Shown piece after piece: positions 1 through 9,445 of a DNA stretch of 64,000 nucleotides. The stretch covers positions 62,001 to 126,000 of the IMG/VR virus record IMGVR_UViG_3300005289_000052. The stretch is one strand, 5' to 3'. Made by a program: the position numbers and the translations under genes. Within the stretch, counting starts at the first letter, position 1. Every line of letters begins with the position of its first letter. Under the pieces are notes generated by a model, which worked only from the letters and a program-made list of their open reading frames with translations, was not told the DNA's origin and searched no databases.

Positions 1-6
1 TTTCGC

Positions 7-2187
7 TTATTGCTCTTGAGTGGCAACAACGATTTTGTTGGTAAGAACTTTATCCAACCCCTTCACTTTGATGATGGCCATGGCAGGGAGGTGGTTGATG
101 TGCAGGTTACGCGGTTGCACCATGGCTTCCGGGTAAGTACCGCCATCACGTTGAACCATCATGCTGGAAGCCAGCTCAGGAATCCACGCGTGCACACCGA
201 AGGTGAGCGGGTCGATGCCTTCGGATTGGCCCATGCGGGTCAGACCGATGATGATGGTGTCCTTCATACGGAAGTCGAAGGAGGACTCGATTTGGTATTC
301 TGGGAAAGCAATACCGAAGGTGCGGCTGTCGCCGACGACCATCAGGTGACGCTGGAGAACCACGTCGGTACCGATCAGCAGCTTCGGCTGTTGCGAGCCA
401 GTTACGGCAGCGTTCAGCGCAGGCTGGTAGCCGGTGTCGCGGTACATGCGGTAGGACACGTCACGGATGGCGTTAACCAGGATGGCGTTGATGTCTTGCG
501 CACGGTCCATGTCACGGATGGAGTTGATCTCTTGCTCCAGATCAATTTCCTTCTCTTCGAAGAAAGGCTTGATCAGGAAGCGACCAACACCTTCCACTTC
601 TGGGATGGTGTCTTGACGCTTGACGGCCTTGGCGTAGGCCTTCAGGGTTTCTGCGTAGTTCAACAGGCGGGTAACCGCGTTGTTGGTGTTACGCACGCGC
701 ACGGCGTTGATCAGCATTTCCAGGTCGCGAGCGTCGCGGTTCGAACCGGCCGGGGAAGGCGCGGAGATCGGAGCACCCAGCGGGATGTGGAAACGGAAGG
801 TGCGGTCGTTGGTGTCCAGCAGCAGACCACGAGTACGACGGTTGCTGTTGGTACGAGCAGCTTTCAGATCGTAAGCAACAACGGCAGCGCCTTTCAGCGA
901 AGCAACGATTGGAGCACCAGCGCCGGAGACCAGGCTGATTTCTTTACCGTCGGCACCGACGATGGAGTCAACAGTCACAGGGGAGCTGTACACACGGCCG
1001 TTACCGAGCTGAGTGTCGAAGTCGCCGTTCAGGTTGACAGCCAGGCGCACGGTCACGTTGGCAGCGGTGATGGCAGCCAGCAGAGTAGGTGCAACGCCAG
1101 CGGTGGTGAGGGTGTCTTTGTCCAGGACCAGGTCAGCGGTCTTGAAGTTCAGGTTCATCTCACGGTTGGCGCCTTCAACCGACTTCACGAAGTGGCTACG
1201 AGCCAGACGTGCAGTCACATACTTCACAGCTTCGCCGTCGGCGAGCTGGATGTAGATGTTTTCCAGACCGATCGAGTTGTCGATCGCGTCGGTGTGGTCG
1301 ATGATGCCAGCGCCGATCAGGCCAGGGTGTTGGGACAGACCCAGCAGGTTCAGCTCAACGTTGATTGCCAGCGGGGCAGTCGGTACGTCGATGTTGCTGA
1401 TGCGGCGAACAACTGGGGCTACCAGTGCTTCGTCGATGAACTTGTCTGCGTTGCCGCCGTTGGCGAGAACGACAGGAACCAGGCTGGTGGATTCGTCGGC
1501 CAGGATTTTGTGGTCCATGGCAGCTTCGACCAGGTTCTTACGGTTCCAGTCAGTCACCTTACCGGTGTTGCTGTGCTGGATGGCGTTGTGAACCAGGGTA
1601 CGACGAACGGTGATGTCCAGGCCGCCTTGCTCTGGCGGTACGACGGTGGTCGGGTACCACATCTCGGAGAAGCTGTCCTGTACGGCAGCTTTCACGTTGA
1701 AGACGATGGAGTAAGGCAGGAACTTGGCCAGCTCACGTTCGTCGAACGATTCCAGGGATGGGGTGTCACGGGTGTCAACGACACCAGCAGCGCCGCTCGA
1801 ACCGATGTCGACGACGTTGTCACCGGAAGCCTGGGAGCGCATGGCGACTTCGGCGTATTCGGCCGGGTTACCAGCAGCCATGGCAGCGATCGCACCGGCT
1901 TGCAGTTGGGTATCGGTCAGATCTTCTTCGCCGTCTTCACCAGCTTCACCATCTTCCAGGGAAGGGCGCAGCGATGCGAAAGCGTCTTTGATCTCACGGC
2001 CGATGTCTTTGGCGCGGCGATCCAGTTCTTGGAACTGGCCGTCGTCCAGCGACTCCATGGAGATCAGTTGACCGGTGATGTCTTTGGAAGCAACGTCGGT
2101 GCCTTGGGCCGCGATGGTTTGACGCAGGGCAGAGACGACGTTGTTCAGAGGCGAACCAGCAGAGCCTTTGAATTTCAGGAATGACAT
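7..2187 (-). CDS. Major capsid protein (phiKZ gp120-like)
   Basis: 726 aa; acidic N-terminal propeptide with SME/SLE motifs (phiKZ head-protease S/A/G-X-E sites); strong codon bias; syntenic with gp119-like and gp118-like genes. Confidence 0.85.
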   Translation of the reverse strand: MSFLKFKGSAGSPLNNVVSALRQTIAAQGTDVASKDITGQLISMESLDDGQFQELDRRAKDIGREIKDAFASLRPSLEDGEAGEDGEEDLTDTQLQAGAIAAMAAGNPAEYAEVAMRSQASGDNVVDIGSSGAAGVVDTRDTPSLESFDERELAKFLPYSIVFNVKAAVQDSFSEMWYPTTVVPPEQGGLDITVRRTLVHNAIQHSNTGKVTDWNRKNLVEAAMDHKILADESTSLVPVVLANGGNADKFIDEALVAPVVRRISNIDVPTAPLAINVELNLLGLSQHPGLIGAGIIDHTDAIDNSIGLENIYIQLADGEAVKYVTARLARSHFVKSVEGANREMNLNFKTADLVLDKDTLTTAGVAPTLLAAITAANVTVRLAVNLNGDFDTQLGNGRVYSSPVTVDSIVGADGKEISLVSGAGAPIVASLKGAAVVAYDLKAARTNSNRRTRGLLLDTNDRTFRFHIPLGAPISAPSPAGSNRDARDLEMLINAVRVRNTNNAVTRLLNYAETLKAYAKAVKRQDTIPEVEGVGRFLIKPFFEEKEIDLEQEINSIRDMDRAQDINAILVNAIRDVSYRMYRDTGYQPALNAAVTGSQQPKLLIGTDVVLQRHLMVVGDSRTFGIAFPEYQIESSFDFRMKDTIIIGLTRMGQSEGIDPLTFGVHAWIPELASSMMVQRDGGTYPEAMVQPRNLHINHLPAMAIIKVKGLDKVLTNKIVVATQEQ

Positions 2188-2332
2188 ATCGATGTGTCCT
2201 TTTTACTTTCACGAAAGTACAAGTGGGGTGGAATCGGCACGCTGCCTTAACCAGTTGCGACAAAACAACGGTTCGGTTATAGCTGCTATATAATTAAACA
2301 TTTACAGCAAACCGATGTTGCAGAGTCATTGA

Positions 2333-2342
2333 AACATAAAAT
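2333..2342 (-). promoter_or_regulatory. Putative late promoter (TATG motif) for major capsid gene
   Basis: Minus strand reads TTTTATGTTT about 150 nt upstream of MCP start in AT-rich intergenic DNA; phiKZ late promoters carry TATG at the start site. Confidence 0.4.
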
Positions 2343-2357
2343 ACGTATTTACGTACT

Positions 2358-2900
2358 TCAAGGTTTACCGAGAGAACTTAAGTACTCCCGGAAGAAGTCG
2401 GAGCGGGCGACGTTGGTCAATCCACAAGCGATAACCCAGCGGGTCATCAACTCGTCGAGGAAGGTCTCTCCGTTGACATAGGGAGATTCGCCCATCTGTC
2501 CTAAGATAGGTGTAATAACTAACGTATCAGATTCAACTGATTGCACACAAAGAGTGTACTCATCGTTAGTTGCATCGTCACGACCAAGCCATGCTTCATC
2601 AGCATTGAAGCCGTTGGCACCCTTGGCACGCAGGTAGTCAACGATCTGACTGATCTTGCGATACCTATCTTCTGAACCCTTCGGAGGGTCACACAGAAGC
2701 AAGGTGCAAGTCGACGGGAAGGTCTCCGCAAAGGCACGAGTGAACAGTGCTTCACGCTTCTCATTGAGCAGGACATATTTGGCTACATCCTCAGGGGATA
2801 GTATAGCCGTCAACTGGTGGAAGTCATTCACCGTTGCCAAATCGACTTTAGCGTATTCCAAGGCTCGCTTGAGCCAAAGGGGTACCAAGACTACTCTCAT
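2358..2900 (-). CDS. Hypothetical protein, positional equivalent of phiKZ gp119
   Basis: 180-aa ORF between MCP and DnaB-like gene. Confidence 0.6.
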   Translation of the reverse strand: MRVVLVPLWLKRALEYAKVDLATVNDFHQLTAILSPEDVAKYVLLNEKREALFTRAFAETFPSTCTLLLCDPPKGSEDRYRKISQIVDYLRAKGANGFNADEAWLGRDDATNDEYTLCVQSVESDTLVITPILGQMGESPYVNGETFLDELMTRWVIACGLTNVARSDFFREYLSSLGKP

Positions 2901-2930
2901 TTATACAGACTCCGCGTTAGGAAAACCGTG

Positions 2931-4481
2931 ATGGATGAAAAACTGCTATTGATACAGGTGATCACACTCCTGTATCGAGAAAGCCAACTAGAGACTCGGA
3001 ACTCAAACTCGAGCGAGCTGGCTGCCTCAGTTGTGGCCACTGTCCGTATCCCAGAAACGGCGATGGAGGCCGATCGCGGACGTGAATCTCTCAAGGCTTT
3101 GAAGAACACCGCATCAGCGATGATCTCTAATCCCCCGAGCCAGGATTATGACAGGACTATCCTGCTTCAAAAGATACGTGTAAACGTTGGGGACGAGGAC
3201 GAACTGTATCAGGCCTTCGAAGCTGCCACTCACCCCATTGACAATGAGGCTTGGCTCAAGAAAGCAATCTTAGAGTATCGTGCTGAACTGAACGCGTTCA
3301 TGAACCGTTTCCAGATCACCGACATTCTTAAGCAAGCTTATTCGGCTTCGACCTTTAACCCACATGGTGTTGACTGGAAGAATTTCGTCCACGATATCAT
3401 GGGTAGCCTCGAACCACTGGCTCAAACTCAGACGGTTGAACAGAACCCTGCAATTGTAGGCTCTGTAGACCTCGATGACGATGAAGCAGTGATGGCCCTG
3501 ATGAACCAGGCACAGGAAGAGCTATCGACCGCTGGTGTGCTTCGTACGGGCTGGCAGGGCGTTAACGCTATGTGTGGCGACCAAGACGGCTTCCGTCGTG
3601 GTGAGTTCATTCTGGTAGGTGCACTGCAACACAACTTTAAAACCGGCTTTACACTGAACCTGTTTAAACAGTTCGGCTTGTACAACCGACCGTACATGCG
3701 TGACCCGTCGAAGAAACCACTGCTCCTGCACATCTCCGCAGAGAACAACCTCATCGACAACGTTATGCAGCTCTACGTCTCTATTAAGGAGAACGAAACA
3801 GGCGAAGCAGTATCGATCCGTGGCGTGGATCAAGCAGAAGCTGCTGCGTACGTTAAGAGCCGCATGATGGGCAACGGGTACCACATCCGCATGCTGCGGG
3901 TAGACCCATCGATGTTCAGCTACCGCGACCTGTTCGACTTGATCACCAAGTACGAGTCGGAAGGTTACGAAGTACACGCTTGTGTGTTCGACTACCTGAA
4001 CATGATCTCGAAGAAGGGCTGCCAACAAGGTCCTCACGGCTTCGAGACTCGCGACCTCGTGCGTCGTGTGCGTAACTTCACTGCACCCCGTGGCATTACC
4101 TTCATTACTCCCCATCAGCTCTCCACGCAGGCTAAAGAGCTGGTACGGCAACAGATCGAGAACTTCGTTCAAGAGATTGCTAACAAAGGCTACTACGACT
4201 CCTGTCGGACTGTCGACCAAGAGGTGGACATGGAGATCTCGATCCACATCGAGAAATTCAACGGTGAGTCGTTCCTCACGATACAACGTGGTAAACACCG
4301 TAAGATCACAATCACCCCTGAGAAGGATCTGTACTGCGTCCTCAAGTTTGAGAAGATCGGTAACATCCCTGATGACTACGGTAAAGTGAACCGCACCTTG
4401 AGAAAGGTTGGTGGTCGGCCTGAGTCAGATGGTGGCAACGCCAATGTCTGGTGGGACTCGCAAGAAAAAGAAGCAGCATAG
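2931..4481 (+). CDS. dnaB: Replicative DnaB-like helicase (phiKZ gp118-like)
   Basis: GFRRGEFILVGALQHNFKT (variant Walker A), VFDYLNM (Walker B), TPHQLS, QRGKHR; start moved to ATG 2931 because the ORF-track extension overlaps the divergent gene. Confidence 0.85.
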   Translation: MDEKLLLIQVITLLYRESQLETRNSNSSELAASVVATVRIPETAMEADRGRESLKALKNTASAMISNPPSQDYDRTILLQKIRVNVGDEDELYQAFEAATHPIDNEAWLKKAILEYRAELNAFMNRFQITDILKQAYSASTFNPHGVDWKNFVHDIMGSLEPLAQTQTVEQNPAIVGSVDLDDDEAVMALMNQAQEELSTAGVLRTGWQGVNAMCGDQDGFRRGEFILVGALQHNFKTGFTLNLFKQFGLYNRPYMRDPSKKPLLLHISAENNLIDNVMQLYVSIKENETGEAVSIRGVDQAEAAAYVKSRMMGNGYHIRMLRVDPSMFSYRDLFDLITKYESEGYEVHACVFDYLNMISKKGCQQGPHGFETRDLVRRVRNFTAPRGITFITPHQLSTQAKELVRQQIENFVQEIANKGYYDSCRTVDQEVDMEISIHIEKFNGESFLTIQRGKHRKITITPEKDLYCVLKFEKIGNIPDDYGKVNRTLRKVGGRPESDGGNANVWWDSQEKEAA

Positions 4482-4492
4482 CCAAAACGAGC

Positions 4493-4550
4493 AAAAAAAA
4501 AGAGTCTAACGCGGACTCCAGAGTACAGAGACCCGAAGGTCTCTGTACTC
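4493..4550. terminator. Bidirectional intrinsic terminator
   Basis: Perfect hairpin GAGTACAGAGACC-CGAA-GGTCTCTGTACTC (4521-4550) with an A-run to its left, between convergent genes. Confidence 0.8.
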
Positions 4551-4555
4551 ACCCT

Positions 4556-4897
4556 TTATGCCCCTTCTTTACCAAGCTTCATGTGCAGGGCGAAGTATGC
4601 CTGGCGCACAGCGTCTTCCAACGTGTGAGACCAGACCGTAACTTCTTCATCGTCGTCATTAATCGGCAGACAGGTGATCTGTACAATGCGATCGACTTCC
4701 AACATTGCCTGAGCCACGTCGTCGGAGATCCCAGCGATCGTTTGTAGATGCTCGATGGCATCTTCAATAGTCGTGTTGGGAGCATCACGGTACTCGTTAA
4801 CCAGGATGGTCAGAGAACCCGAGGTGAGATCCTGGATGTCAGCCAGCATCACTTCCAGAGAAAGCTCAGGCGCTTCTGGAGCGCTGTTGTCCATCAT
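4556..4897 (-). CDS. Hypothetical protein
   Basis: 113-aa acidic ORF, coupled to upstream gene by 4-nt overlap. Confidence 0.65.
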   Translation of the reverse strand: MMDNSAPEAPELSLEVMLADIQDLTSGSLTILVNEYRDAPNTTIEDAIEHLQTIAGISDDVAQAMLEVDRIVQITCLPINDDDEEVTVWSHTLEDAVRQAYFALHMKLGKEGA

Positions 4898-5259
4898 TCT
4901 TCAGCACTCGCTTGACGGACTACTGTCGGACGCATGAAGATTTCCTCGAGGTAGTCGTTGGTTTCCTCAGCTTCTTCCAGCGAACCGGAATTGCAGAGGT
5001 AGTCCAGAACGCGGAAGGTGACATGGAAGGTATCGCCACCAGGCTTACCCTTGACCACATAACCCATGCCTTGCAGCTTCTTGATCATGCGCCCGATGCT
5101 GACGTCACGGATGCTGTCGGTCTTGGTCAGACCCCGCAGTTCAGCACGAGTGAATTCCAGGGTGATGTCGTTGGTGACGCCGAGTTTGATCAGCAGTTCA
5201 AAACGATCACACATCTTTTTGTTAACGTGGTCAGCCAGTGCTTTGGTGCTAAGAGCCAT
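4894..5259 (-). CDS. Hypothetical protein
   Basis: 121 aa; biased codons; part of minus-strand operon. Confidence 0.65.
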   Translation of the reverse strand: MALSTKALADHVNKKMCDRFELLIKLGVTNDITLEFTRAELRGLTKTDSIRDVSIGRMIKKLQGMGYVVKGKPGGDTFHVTFRVLDYLCNSGSLEEAEETNDYLEEIFMRPTVVRQASAEE

Positions 5260-5280
5260 TGTTACTTTCCTTCTGAGGAT

Positions 5281-5577
5281 TTACTTCTTCGGTTCAAGGA
5301 CAACGTATTCGCTGCCCCGTTTCTTTTTCAGGGTGTAGTTCCCTGGGATGAAACACAGGGCTTCGCTGGTGCTGATTGCTTTGCCCCGGCGAGGGACTGG
5401 CGTCGGTGTATCAGGGACAACCTCGAGGATCGCCGTGAACGTACGCATCATCGCCCCTTGAGGCAACAACATGTAGTAGGTTTCTCGAAGGGTGCCATGG
5501 CGCGGTGAGTGAGAGCTTTCGCTTTTCACCCATTCGTTACGAGGGAACTGTTCTTCCTCGTAAGTTTCACTGGACAT
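5281..5577 (-). CDS. Hypothetical protein
   Basis: 98 aa; 1-nt overlap with upstream ORF. Confidence 0.6.
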   Translation of the reverse strand: MSSETYEEEQFPRNEWVKSESSHSPRHGTLRETYYMLLPQGAMMRTFTAILEVVPDTPTPVPRRGKAISTSEALCFIPGNYTLKKKRGSEYVVLEPKK

Positions 5578-5849
5578 TACGGTTTGCCAGCAAAGTGTGG
5601 TTCCAGAATCCAGATTTCTTTTTCGTTCTCGGTGCCGATGTCGCCGTCTTTCACTTGACGGATCTTGACGTTCGGTACATAGACCATGCTTTCGCCGATG
5701 ATTGCTTTGTCACCGTGGACGCCGTGGTTGGCATACGTGGTGTTCTTGACGATGGCACCGTAGCCTGCGTCGATTGCTTCGACTTTACATTCGTCGTTTT
5801 TGGAAAGGACTTTCCAATGATGATTTGGATGATTAACTGGGTTTTGCAT
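5577..5849 (-). CDS. Hypothetical protein
   Basis: 90 aa; GGAGG RBS; first gene after early-promoter motif. Confidence 0.65.
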   Translation of the reverse strand: MQNPVNHPNHHWKVLSKNDECKVEAIDAGYGAIVKNTTYANHGVHGDKAIIGESMVYVPNVKIRQVKDGDIGTENEKEIWILEPHFAGKP

Positions 5850-5913
5850 ATTCGCCTCCTAAGGACTAAGTTTATAGAGAACAGTTTTAGATTAGTCTAA
5901 TCTGTTCACCTAG

Positions 5914-5930
5914 GTAATATACACTTGAGA
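5914..5930 (-). promoter_or_regulatory. Early promoter motif (TATATTAC)
   Basis: Minus strand TCTCAAGTG-TATATTAC; exact match to phiKZ early promoter core, upstream of an operon. Confidence 0.65.
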
Positions 5931-6124
5931 TTTATTTCATTCAGTATCTTTCTACTTTGTCCCTGTATGTCCAGAGTTTTGTAATTGCTTACATACCTGC
6001 GCTACTTTAATGAGAGCGATATGATATCGCCTCAGGGGAATAATAATCAACAACGCAACTAGGAAAACGTACCAATGGAAGCGCATAATGGCGAGTCCGG
6101 GGGAGCACGTCACCAAGGAGCAAG

Positions 6125-6502
6125 GTGGCGTCCATGGAATCTCGCATCGGTACATTAGCTGTAGATACACCCGCAACAAAAACTATAAACGCTGTATCGC
6201 CCCTAACGGGATGGCTTACTGATAGATTGGCTTTGGCGGTTGCAAGCTCATCAATGCTTCGACACCCCCTTCGCTACGTGGATCTGAAACACCGCGTCTG
6301 TGAACCAGCAACAGAAGATTGTCTCTTTGTCGAGTCGCCCATCGGGCACCACGAAGGAATCGTTCTGTCTATTCTGTCGGGTCCGTATCATCCGTTGCTA
6401 AGGCAAGTTTGTACAAATACCCGTAATTATGTGAGAGAGTTCCTCGAACTTTCACAACCGGTGTTCCCGTGGCCAATGGGCATAAAAGCCCAAATGCACT
6501 AG
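6125..6502 (+). CDS. Hypothetical protein
   Basis: GTG start with AAGGAG RBS 5 nt upstream; ends in a strong hairpin. Confidence 0.5.
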   Translation: MASMESRIGTLAVDTPATKTINAVSPLTGWLTDRLALAVASSSMLRHPLRYVDLKHRVCEPATEDCLFVESPIGHHEGIVLSILSGPYHPLLRQVCTNTRNYVREFLELSQPVFPWPMGIKAQMH

Positions 6503-6530
6503 CATCCTTCTTCGGAGGGATGCTAGTGCA
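6495..6530. terminator. Bidirectional hairpin terminator
   Basis: TGCACTAGCATCCTT-CTTCGG-AGGGATGCTAGTGCA between convergent ORFs. Confidence 0.8.
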
Positions 6531-6541
6531 GTCACGGTTCT

Positions 6542-6937
6542 TTATGCCGTCAGCTTCTTTTTAGGGATGCCAGCGTGTGGGAACAACCGCAGGGTAGTTG
6601 TGTACCCGTAAGTGTTACCACTGTAACCGTGGGTCTTTGGTAAATGTACCTCGAACACTGTAACACCGCACTCCTTGAACTTACGCTCCAAATAGGAGCC
6701 CAAGGAGACGATGAGGTCAATCTCTTTGTGTTCTGCGACCGAGTGTAGGTTGCCGTTCACCTCCATGTGGAAATATTGCTTCCGTGTTGCAAAACCATCA
6801 GCCTTCTGGTTATAGGAGAAAAACCCTACAGCGTCCATCCCCTGGTGATTGGGGGCTTCTGCTAACAGAATGATTTTGGTGTTGTCGGTTAAAGCCAGGC
6901 CTTCTCTACGCTCCACCGCTGCTTCAATGGTTGCCAT
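6542..6937 (-). CDS. Hypothetical protein
   Basis: Start at MATIE with GGAG RBS; 131 aa. Confidence 0.55.
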   Translation of the reverse strand: MATIEAAVERREGLALTDNTKIILLAEAPNHQGMDAVGFFSYNQKADGFATRKQYFHMEVNGNLHSVAEHKEIDLIVSLGSYLERKFKECGVTVFEVHLPKTHGYSGNTYGYTTTLRLFPHAGIPKKKLTA

Positions 6938-7079
6938 CTCTCGTACTCCATATCCCATTGATGACAAGAGAAACTCGGGGAGTTTTCTATTGTGTTAAGT
7001 GTTGGCAGTTACACCTCTGAAGTTTTGTTATTGGATGTTTCCTGCCGCGCGACGCTGAGCACGTCACACAATACGGGGT

Positions 7080-7574
7080 TTATGCCGTGAGTTGGCGCTG
7101 AGCCCACAACGACTCTTGTTCACGCTTTGCCGGATCGTTAGATGGCTCGGTGACATTGAAGGTGATCTGGTACAGCTTAACCGCGTTGTAGATGGTGTAT
7201 GCGGTCGTTTCAGGCACTTCGAGTACCTTCATAGCCTCAAGCAGAACCAGATCCGCCTGTGGCCTTGAGATACGTTTTGGCAAACCATCAACGGTAATCG
7301 ACAGATACTCACAGAGCATGTCGTGTACCACAGCAGCCTGACCATAAGCACCCCATGGTGGAATGATTGACCAGAAGGCACGAGGTACAGAAGCACCGTC
7401 CGTCAGATAGCCCGCAGGAACGTCGATCCATTGATTGCTACCCTTAGTCCCCAGGTAGTAACGAAACCCCTTCATAACGCGCCAGTAGTCCTTACCGAGG
7501 CGTTTGCTGGCTTCATGATCGTACGTCACCAACAGTTCAGCATCAAACTTTGTAAACCCTAGCAGTGTTGTCAT
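7080..7574 (-). CDS. DUF1353 family protein
   Basis: Signature VPAGYLTDGASVP...AAVVHDMLC. Confidence 0.8.
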   Translation of the reverse strand: MTTLLGFTKFDAELLVTYDHEASKRLGKDYWRVMKGFRYYLGTKGSNQWIDVPAGYLTDGASVPRAFWSIIPPWGAYGQAAVVHDMLCEYLSITVDGLPKRISRPQADLVLLEAMKVLEVPETTAYTIYNAVKLYQITFNVTEPSNDPAKREQESLWAQRQLTA

Positions 7575-7575
7575 G

Positions 7576-7674
7576 TTAGCCCCATGCTTTATATAGCTCG
7601 TACAGGCTCCAGCCCACTACGACAGTGATAAACAAACTATGTCCCCAATAGAAGCACAAGTCCCGTTTCGACAT
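7576..7674 (-). CDS. Small membrane protein (32 aa, not in ORF track)
   Basis: MSKRDLCFYWGHSLFITVVVGWSLYELYKAWG; GAGG RBS; stop 1 nt before DUF1353 start. Confidence 0.55.
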   Translation of the reverse strand: MSKRDLCFYWGHSLFITVVVGWSLYELYKAWG

Positions 7675-7713
7675 GGAACTTACCTCAAGTAAATAAAGAC
7701 ATAAGAATGGGGC

Positions 7714-7743
7714 AAAAAAAAAGGGAGGCCGAAGCCCCCCTTT
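7714..7743 (-). terminator. Intrinsic terminator
   Basis: GC hairpin with CGAA loop (TTCG on minus) followed by T9 on minus strand. Confidence 0.75.
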
Positions 7744-7745
7744 AG

Positions 7746-8135
7746 TCAATGTACCGTAGTCGGCGCGTAGAACACACGCTCACCCTGGCGATATTCCTGC
7801 AAGTGCAGGCGCTTCCATGGGATTACATTGCCAGCTTCCATAGCTTCCAGAAGCTCAGGGTTCGTGTTGTGCAAGGAGATCGGATTACCGTATGGCTTCA
7901 ATGCCTCGAGCAACGTCGGATCAGTCATGACCTCGAGGGATACCTTACGACGGTTTTTAACCTCACGTGAGGTTGTGATACGGTCGATCAATCCAATCTG
8001 CTGGAACTTGATGTTGAAGTACACATATCCACCGGACGCCTTTTTCACAGCCACGTATGGCAGGTTAGGGTCGAATGCACCGGTTTCAATACCTACGGGA
8101 ACTGCCACTTCACGGCGCAGACTAAGCAGGTTCAT
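7746..8135 (-). CDS. Hypothetical protein
   Basis: 129 aa, overlaps DHFR stop. Confidence 0.6.
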   Translation of the reverse strand: MNLLSLRREVAVPVGIETGAFDPNLPYVAVKKASGGYVYFNIKFQQIGLIDRITTSREVKNRRKVSLEVMTDPTLLEALKPYGNPISLHNTNPELLEAMEAGNVIPWKRLHLQEYRQGERVFYAPTTVH

Positions 8136-8706
8136 CTTTTATCACCTTTCGTTTCAATACGTTAATGTCGAATTTAGATTCCTGTTTGTGGGCAATGTTC
8201 ACCCACTCCAGGGGATTCCATTCGGGAAAATACGTATCGCACTGATGTGTATCGTGGAACTGGCTGAGTACCATTTCGTCAACCAGATCCTTTTCCAACA
8301 CTTCAGTGTATAGCTGTGCCCCTCCAATCACAACGGGATTACCTAAGGCAACCCCGCTTGCACGACTCCAATTTTCCCTTACGGCGTCAACGAGCTGGAA
8401 CGCATGTTCCAAATCGCGAGCCACATACAGCCCGAAGCGCAGGTAGTCCCTGACGTAGTCTTTCCTCGACAATACGATCAGGGCCCGGCCTGGTAGCAAC
8501 GGTTGTTGCTCACTGCTCCAAGATTGATCCTCGGGCAGCTTCTTGCGCTTGATCAGGGAGTCGACGGTTTTACTCCCAGCGATCAAGATTCTCCCATTGG
8601 TATATTGAAAGAAGGACTGCAAATCCTCCTTCGATTCCCACGGGAGATTATTATTGAGTCCGATGCCCCGTTCAGCATCCATCGCCGCTATCAGATTCAC
8701 TTTCAT
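8122..8706 (-). CDS. folA: Dihydrofolate reductase
   Basis: LIAAMDAERGIGLNNNLPW...EDL, LLPGR, VIGGAQLY, CDTYFP. Confidence 0.92.
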   Translation of the reverse strand: MKVNLIAAMDAERGIGLNNNLPWESKEDLQSFFQYTNGRILIAGSKTVDSLIKRKKLPEDQSWSSEQQPLLPGRALIVLSRKDYVRDYLRFGLYVARDLEHAFQLVDAVRENWSRASGVALGNPVVIGGAQLYTEVLEKDLVDEMVLSQFHDTHQCDTYFPEWNPLEWVNIAHKQESKFDINVLKRKVIKDEPA

Positions 8707-9373
8707 TCTTTAAAGCCTCAAGCTCCGCTACCTGGTTTGGAGGTGCGTAGTAAAATGTAGGAGTCTCACGGTCTTCGGAGACCAGCTCAGTCAGGAACAA
8801 TGGTTCGTCCTTCTTGAGTTCAAGACCCCAGTGTTTAGGGGCACCGCTAAAGCCATACTTGTGGAACATCAGAATGTCGGCTGTAACGATAACCGGTTCG
8901 TGACGAACCTTGATGCTGTGTTTGGTTGGATCGTCGGCCCATACTTCTATTTCATACGGCACGCGAATTTCTTTATACGCATCCCACAGAAGGCTACGGC
9001 AAATACCCGACCACAATTCTTCTTCGTTGTTACGAGCCCAGTGGTAGTCTTCCTCGGTTTCGTACCGCACAATTACCGGGATGACTTCTTCTTGGTTGAT
9101 TACCGCCATACCGCAGAACGCATCACGCTTACCAACCTCGGCAGCAGGCAGCGCGTAATACAAGTAGTCTTCGGCGATCAGGAACAATTCTTTCACAGAG
9201 TCCGCATGGGTTTTGCGGTCCATGATGGGTTTGAGGATAGCTCGCGCTACGATGCCCTCAGTTTGTTTCCGCTTGGCCATCTTCAAGGCTTTCTTCTGAA
9301 CTTCTTTGAAGCCATGATTTTTATTGACCAGAGCCAGGATCAACAGGGTGCTGAGATCGTCAAACTTTTCCAC
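8672..9373 (-). CDS. Hypothetical protein
   Basis: 233 aa, GTG start with AAGG RBS. Confidence 0.6.
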   Translation of the reverse strand: MEKFDDLSTLLILALVNKNHGFKEVQKKALKMAKRKQTEGIVARAILKPIMDRKTHADSVKELFLIAEDYLYYALPAAEVGKRDAFCGMAVINQEEVIPVIVRYETEEDYHWARNNEEELWSGICRSLLWDAYKEIRVPYEIEVWADDPTKHSIKVRHEPVIVTADILMFHKYGFSGAPKHWGLELKKDEPLFLTELVSEDRETPTFYYAPPNQVAELEALKNESESDSGDGC

Positions 9374-9445
9374 GTTTACTACCTTAATATGTCTTAGCTC
9401 TTCTTAGAGCAGGGATTAGAAGGGGACCCGAAGGTCCCCATGGAT

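Noticed and set aside
10-2184. 724-aa plus-strand ORF antisense to MCP (likewise 13753-15000, 19104-20840, 20840-21949, 32159-33472, 37716-39401, 40016-41944, 51987-52808)
   Set aside because: Shadow ORFs produced by strong codon bias on the real strand; no RBS, motifs or protein-like composition
2817-2930. ORF-track N-terminal extension of DnaB (and similar extensions at 13586-13633, 24791-25015, 34075-34164, 46709-46843)
   Set aside because: They overlap neighbouring genes or terminators; internal starts with better RBS or coupling were chosen
5952-6179. Minus-strand ORF with a hydrophobic stretch
   Set aside because: Weak RBS and overlap with the better-supported 6125 ORF; cannot be supported, though a short TM peptide is not excluded
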